Below are positions 59,587 to 64,000 of a stretch of DNA of 64,000 nt, piece after piece; position 1 is the stretch's first letter; each line of letters begins with the position of its first letter. The notes beneath the pieces were generated by a model. The model was not told the DNA's origin. It saw nothing but the letters and a program-made list of their open reading frames with translations, and did no database searches. Source of the DNA: Gammaproteobacteria bacterium (lineage in GTDB: Bacteria; Pseudomonadota; Gammaproteobacteria; Eutrophobiales; Eutrophobiaceae); the NCBI GenBank assembly GCA_965215365.1, contig CBDCDS010000003.1:576001-640000 (forward strand), read 5' to 3'. The position numbers and the translations under genes were made by a program.

Positions 59587-61480
59587 CCCGACTTCGACGG
59601 TCTGGTGCTTACTTTATCTGAAAATCTCTTGTAAATCAAAACGTGTTTTGGAGCAGGCAGTTGTAGTGCCTAGTTGATATTTGTAGCTTGACATTGTGGG
59701 CGGCGCGTGGTATCCTCCGGGCTATGTTCGTGCGCGTCAAAACCACCCCCAACAGCCCGCGTCAATCCGTACAACTCGTCGAGTCAGTGCGTGACGGCAA
59801 GGCCGTGCGCCAGCGCATTGTGCGCCATATCGGTATTGCCTTCGATGAAGACGAGCTCGTCCGGCTCAAAGACTTAGCCGAAGTGGTCAAAGCCAAACTT
59901 CAGGCCGAGACCCAGCCCGAGCTGTTCCCGCCCGAAGATGTCGCCGAGCAACTCAGCGCCGCCCGCGCCCGGCAGGACGACTCACCGCTGAAAGTCGAGC
60001 TCAAAGCCCTGCGGGAAACCCAGCGTGTCATCAGCGGCATCCATGCGGTGTACGGCGCCGTGTACGAGGACTTAGGGCTGTCCCGGTTGCTGCCAGCCTG
60101 GCGCTACCGGGCCTCGCACAAAGCGCTGTTCCATACGGTGATGGCGCGCCTAGCCAACCCGGACAGCAAACGGGCCAGTGTGCGCGCCCTGACAGCCGAC
60201 TTCGGCGTGCAAGTGTCCCTGCCCCAAATCTACCGCATGATGGACTTGCTCGATGCGGCCTGTATCGAACGCCTCAATACCCTGGCCGAGACCCAAGCCC
60301 GGGCGCTGCTCGGCGGGCCGCTACGCGTGCTGTTCTTCGATTGCACCACCTTGTACTTTGAATCATTCACCGACGATGAGCTCAAACAACCCGGCTACAG
60401 CAAAGACGCCAAGTTCAAAGAATGCCAGGTGCTGCTGGCCCTGGCCGTCACCGACACCGGCCTGCCCGTGCGCTACACCGTGCTGCCCGGCGCCACCTTC
60501 GAGGGACACAGCCTCATCCCGGTGGTCAAAGCCTTACAAACCGACTGTCAGGCCGACAACGCCGTGGTCGTTGCCGACCGGGGGCTGCTGAGCAGGGATA
60601 ACCTCAGCGCCTTAGAGGACGCCGGCCTGCACTACATCGTCGGTGCCCGACTCAAGTCCCTGCCGCACGCCCTGCAAACCCAAGTGCTCGATGAAGACCG
60701 CTATGAGACCCTGACAGATAGCGACGGACTGCGGGTGGCGGACCTACCCCACGACTCCCGCCGTCTGGTGGTGGGCTACTCCCCAGTGCGTGCCGAGAAA
60801 GACCGGCATGACCGCGACCAGGCCATCGCCAAGCTCCGTGAGAAACTGGCCAAAAGCCAAAACCCCAAAGACCTGCTCAACAACTACGGTTATAAGAAAT
60901 ACCTCAAGGTAGACGGCAACAGTACCCTCAGCGTCAACCCCGATAAAATTGCCCAAGCACAACGCTGGGACGGCCTGCACGGGGTTATCACCAACCTGCC
61001 AACATCTACCACCGCCCCCGCCATCTTAAGCCAGTATCGCGGCCTGTGGCAGGTCGAAGATACCTTCCGGGTAAGTAAGCACGATCTCAAGATAAGACCC
61101 ATCTACCACTGGACCCCCCGACGCATCGAAGCCCACATCGCCATCGCCTTTATGTCCCTGCTCTGTGTCCGACACCTGCAATACCGCATGACCCTGCAAG
61201 CCAAGCCGGTCTCCCCCGAAGTCATCCGCAACGCGCTGGCCCACGTGCAGCACAGTGTCCTGACACATCAACAGACACACCGCCGCTACGTGATTCCCTC
61301 CGCCATCAGTGAAACCGCCCGGCGCCTCTACAAAATCATGGGATTGAGTCACTCCACCACCCCCTACGAGCTCAAATAGCCCGCCCCTGAGAACGCCGAA
61401 ACAAGGCAATTGTAGTGCCTACGGGTCAACGCGCCTTCAATAAAATCAATCAGTTAGAGAAATAAACCGTCGAAGTCGGG
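59587..61480 (+). mobile_element. IS1634-family insertion sequence (1894 bp)
   Basis: 14-bp perfect IRs CCCGACTTCGACGG / CCGTCGAAGTCGGG; subterminal direct repeats TTGTAGTGCCTA; internal TTGACA-N17-TATCCT. Confidence 0.93.
59724..61379 (+). CDS. IS1634-family transposase
   Basis: LVESVR..K.VRQR, FDCTTLYFES, GYSKD, VADRG, Y..LWQVE..FR..K..L.IRPIYHW. Confidence 0.93.
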   Translation: MFVRVKTTPNSPRQSVQLVESVRDGKAVRQRIVRHIGIAFDEDELVRLKDLAEVVKAKLQAETQPELFPPEDVAEQLSAARARQDDSPLKVELKALRETQRVISGIHAVYGAVYEDLGLSRLLPAWRYRASHKALFHTVMARLANPDSKRASVRALTADFGVQVSLPQIYRMMDLLDAACIERLNTLAETQARALLGGPLRVLFFDCTTLYFESFTDDELKQPGYSKDAKFKECQVLLALAVTDTGLPVRYTVLPGATFEGHSLIPVVKALQTDCQADNAVVVADRGLLSRDNLSALEDAGLHYIVGARLKSLPHALQTQVLDEDRYETLTDSDGLRVADLPHDSRRLVVGYSPVRAEKDRHDRDQAIAKLREKLAKSQNPKDLLNNYGYKKYLKVDGNSTLSVNPDKIAQAQRWDGLHGVITNLPTSTTAPAILSQYRGLWQVEDTFRVSKHDLKIRPIYHWTPRRIEAHIAIAFMSLLCVRHLQYRMTLQAKPVSPEVIRNALAHVQHSVLTHQQTHRRYVIPSAISETARRLYKIMGLSHSTTPYELK

Positions 61481-61784
61481 AACAAAGTAGAAAGATTATG
61501 CACAGTTATTTCCGGGACAGCACACTAGAGGTGGCCATTCAAGCGGATTTATGCCCTTGTGCGGGTGCCGACCAGAGTTTTTCCAGTTGGTAATAGTCTC
61601 TGGTATCGGGGTGCATGACGTGGGCAATGACGTCGCCGAAGTCGATCAGAATCCACTCTGCCTGCTGCCGGCCTTCCACACCCAGCGGTCTGATCTGCCG
61701 GGCCCGCGCCACCTCTATCACCTTGTCCGCAATGGCCTTGACCTGACGGTCGGAAGCGCCGCTAGCGATGATCATGTAATCGGT
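61481..61784 (+). repeat. 304-bp direct repeat, right copy
   Basis: Identical by inspection to 59283-59586. Confidence 0.93.
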
Positions 61785-61877
61785 CATGGGGCTCGATGCG
61801 CGTACATCGAAGGTCTGTATGTCCCGGGCTTTAAGGTCGTCCATGGTGGCGGCGAGCAGACGGGTGAGGCTGTTCAT
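61539..61877 (-). CDS. rsfS: Ribosome silencing factor
   Basis: DLKA.DI, MIIASG.S.RQV, WILIDFGDVIAHVM...R.YYQLEKLW. Confidence 0.96.
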   Translation of the reverse strand: MNSLTRLLAATMDDLKARDIQTFDVRASSPMTDYMIIASGASDRQVKAIADKVIEVARARQIRPLGVEGRQQAEWILIDFGDVIAHVMHPDTRDYYQLEKLWSAPAQGHKSA

Positions 61878-62587
61878 GTGTATAACTGGCGCTCCTTGAT
61901 GTAAGCGTGGACGCCGGGGGGCAGGAGACGCTCTGCAGGCCCCGCTTCGTGCAGCAATGCGCGCGCCTGTGACGATGAAATATCCGGGACTGTGAGCGCG
62001 GCGCGGTGGATACAGCCGGCCCGGCGCTCATGCAGGCGCGCCGCGTCAGGGCAGGCGCGCGCGTCATAATACTCGCGCAACGGTTCGCGCCAGGTCGTTG
62101 GCCGCGCCGCGCCCCGGTCGATGATCACCAGGTGTGCATGGTCGGTGAGCTCGCGCCAGCGGCGCCAGCTGGGCAGGGTGGCAAACGCGTCCGCGCCCAG
62201 GATGAAACAGAATGATTGCTGCGGCGCGGCGGCGCGCAGGCTGAGCAAGGTGTCGATAGTGTAGGACATCCCGCCCCGGTCGATCTCGATGGCACTGGAG
62301 GTCAGTTGCGGATAGGGCCGCAACGCCAGTTCCAGCATGGCCAGCCGCGGCTGCGGCCCGGCGCTGGCAACGACTTTATGGGGTGGGATATGAGCCGGGA
62401 TAAAACGCACTTCCTGCAGATCCAGGATGTCGAGACAGGCCCGTGCAATCTGAATATGAACGCTATGCACCGGATCAAAGGCGCCACCAAGCAAACCGAT
62501 GGGCTTCCCTTCACTCACTGCCGGGCGTCTCGAAGGTGCTGTGAGCGGCGCTTTCAGGGGTTCCTTACTCTCTGATATGACCATCAC
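61874..62587 (-). CDS. nadD: Nicotinate-nucleotide adenylyltransferase
   Basis: GG.FDPVH..H, PPHK, SYTIDTL, ILGAD, ISSS; proA-nadD-rsfS synteny; start uncertain. Confidence 0.92.
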   Translation of the reverse strand: MMVISESKEPLKAPLTAPSRRPAVSEGKPIGLLGGAFDPVHSVHIQIARACLDILDLQEVRFIPAHIPPHKVVASAGPQPRLAMLELALRPYPQLTSSAIEIDRGGMSYTIDTLLSLRAAAPQQSFCFILGADAFATLPSWRRWRELTDHAHLVIIDRGAARPTTWREPLREYYDARACPDAARLHERRAGCIHRAALTVPDISSSQARALLHEAGPAERLLPPGVHAYIKERQLYT

Positions 62588-63821
62588 CGATAACGATGAA
62601 CTTCTGCGAGGTCAACCCTTCCAGCCCCACCGGGCCGCGCGCATGGAACTTGTCGGTGCTGATGCCGATCTCCGCGCCCAGGCCGTACTCATAACCGTCG
62701 GCGAAGCGGGTCGAGGCATTCACCATGACCGAACTGGAATCGACCTCGGCTAGGAAGCGCCGGGCGTGGGCCAGGTTTTCGGTGACAATGGCGTCGGTGT
62801 GCCTCGAGCCGTAGCGCGCGATATGTTGCAGCGCTTCATCGAGGCCGCTGACGACCCGCAACGACATGATCGGTGCCAGATACTCCGTATAGTAATCCGC
62901 GTCGGTCGCAGCCGTTATCTGCGGCAGGATTTGCCGGGCCCGGGCATCGCCGCGTATCTCCACGCCGGCCTCAGCCAGCATGGGGCCGAGGCGCGCCAGC
63001 ACGGCTTCGGCTTGCGCCTCTGCCAACAGCAGGCACTCCATGGTGCAGCAGGTGCCGTAACGCTGGGTCTTGGCGTTATAGGCGATGGTGACGGCCTTGT
63101 CCACATCCGCATGCGTATCCACATAGACATGGCAGACCCCGTCCAGATGCTTGATCACCGGCATTCTGGCCTCCTTGCTGATGCGTTCGATGAGCCCCTT
63201 GCCGCCGCGCGGGATAATCACGTCGATATACTCGCTCAGGGTCAGCAGCTCGCCCACCGCGGCGCGGTCGGTAGTCTCTACCACCTGCACCGCCGCGCCC
63301 GGCAGGCTGGCGTCCTGCAAGCCGGCGGCAATGGCGGCGGCAACGGCCTGATTAGAATTGATCGCCTCGGAGCCGCCTCTCAGGACGGTCGCATTGCCGG
63401 ATTTTATGCACAGGCCGGCGGCGTCGGCGGTGACGTTGGGGCGGGACTCGTAGATAATGCCCACCACCCCCAGCGGCACGCGCATCCGCCCCACCTGAAT
63501 CCCGGTCGGCCGATAGTTCAGATCCGTGACCGCGCCGATAGGATCCGGCAACGCCGCCACCTGTTGCAAGCCGTCAGCCATGGCCTCGAGGCGCGCCGGG
63601 GTCAACTCCAACCGGTCCAGCAATGGCGCCGCCAGCTGTTGTTCCCGCGCCGCGGCAAGGTCGGTGGCATTCGCTGCGAAAATGGTTTCGCGGCGCGCTC
63701 GCAGATGTTCGGCCACGGCCGCCAGCGCAGCGTTTTTTGCGCCCGTGTCGGCGCGCGCCATAGCCCGCGCCGCGTCCCGCGCGGCGCGCCCCAGTGACTG
63801 CATATAATCCCGAATAGTCAT
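62565..63821 (-). CDS. proA: Gamma-glutamyl phosphate reductase
   Basis: [55 protein letters not shown]. Confidence 0.97.
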   Translation of the reverse strand: MTIRDYMQSLGRAARDAARAMARADTGAKNAALAAVAEHLRARRETIFAANATDLAAAREQQLAAPLLDRLELTPARLEAMADGLQQVAALPDPIGAVTDLNYRPTGIQVGRMRVPLGVVGIIYESRPNVTADAAGLCIKSGNATVLRGGSEAINSNQAVAAAIAAGLQDASLPGAAVQVVETTDRAAVGELLTLSEYIDVIIPRGGKGLIERISKEARMPVIKHLDGVCHVYVDTHADVDKAVTIAYNAKTQRYGTCCTMECLLLAEAQAEAVLARLGPMLAEAGVEIRGDARARQILPQITAATDADYYTEYLAPIMSLRVVSGLDEALQHIARYGSRHTDAIVTENLAHARRFLAEVDSSSVMVNASTRFADGYEYGLGAEIGISTDKFHARGPVGLEGLTSQKFIVIGDGHIRE

Positions 63822-63828
63822 GCGGTTG

Positions 63829-63999
63829 TCATGCTCTTTTACGCTCCAGCCGGTGCCCGCTCAGGCTGAACAGGAAGCGCTCCAGCAGTTGCCAGCCATC
63901 CGCCGGCAGCGCGCCTTTCAGAGCCTTGTCCACCTCTAGGGCGTCAACCAGCAGCGCCGACATAGCTGCCGGACTGAGGCGCGCCAACAGCATTTTAAG
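63829..63999 (-). CDS. holA: 3' end of DNA polymerase III delta subunit (partial)
   Basis: ...LEVDKALKG....[13 protein letters not shown]; holA-proA-nadD synteny. Confidence 0.65.
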   Translation of the reverse strand, partial: LKMLLARLSPAAMSALLVDALEVDKALKGALPADGWQLLERFLFSLSGHRLERKRA

Positions 64000-64000
64000 C

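Noticed and set aside
1-64000. CRISPR array or integron cassette array
   Set aside because: No regularly spaced repeat-spacer series, cas genes or intI seen; the tandem repeats at 8756 and 8799 are IS481 ends

Overview
GC-rich gammaproteobacterial chromosome segment. The housekeeping backbone is regBA, panCB-folK-pcnB, tRNA-Glu, tupBC, Hsp20, a MoxR/BatABD operon, ilvD, argEA, a TonB-dependent receptor, mutM, ggt-coaD-rsmD, two M16 peptidases, ftsY, xthA, prlC, bfr, hydantoinase A/B, mtfA and rsfS-nadD-proA-holA. It is interrupted by four accessory patches (~4.3-10.9, 20.5-22.5, 33.3-37.0 and 43.8-49.4 kb) plus an IS cluster at 59-61.8 kb. These carry R-M genes, TA modules, pseudogenes, three apparently intact IS elements, several MITEs and two paralogous AAA ATPases. 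Most notable: (i) two orphan secreted-protein genes frameshifted by poly-C tracts just after the start codon, plus an in-frame heptamer repeat at the same position in the TonB receptor, suggesting slippage switches in signal-peptide n-regions; (ii) a 132-bp TA-duplicating MITE inserted in codon 2-3 of prlC that supplies a new in-frame SD+ATG; (iii) an IS1634 with a 304-bp direct repeat; (iv) an IS481-end-bounded unit carrying an AAA ATPase. All calls come from reading the sequence and recalled motifs; no database searches were run.
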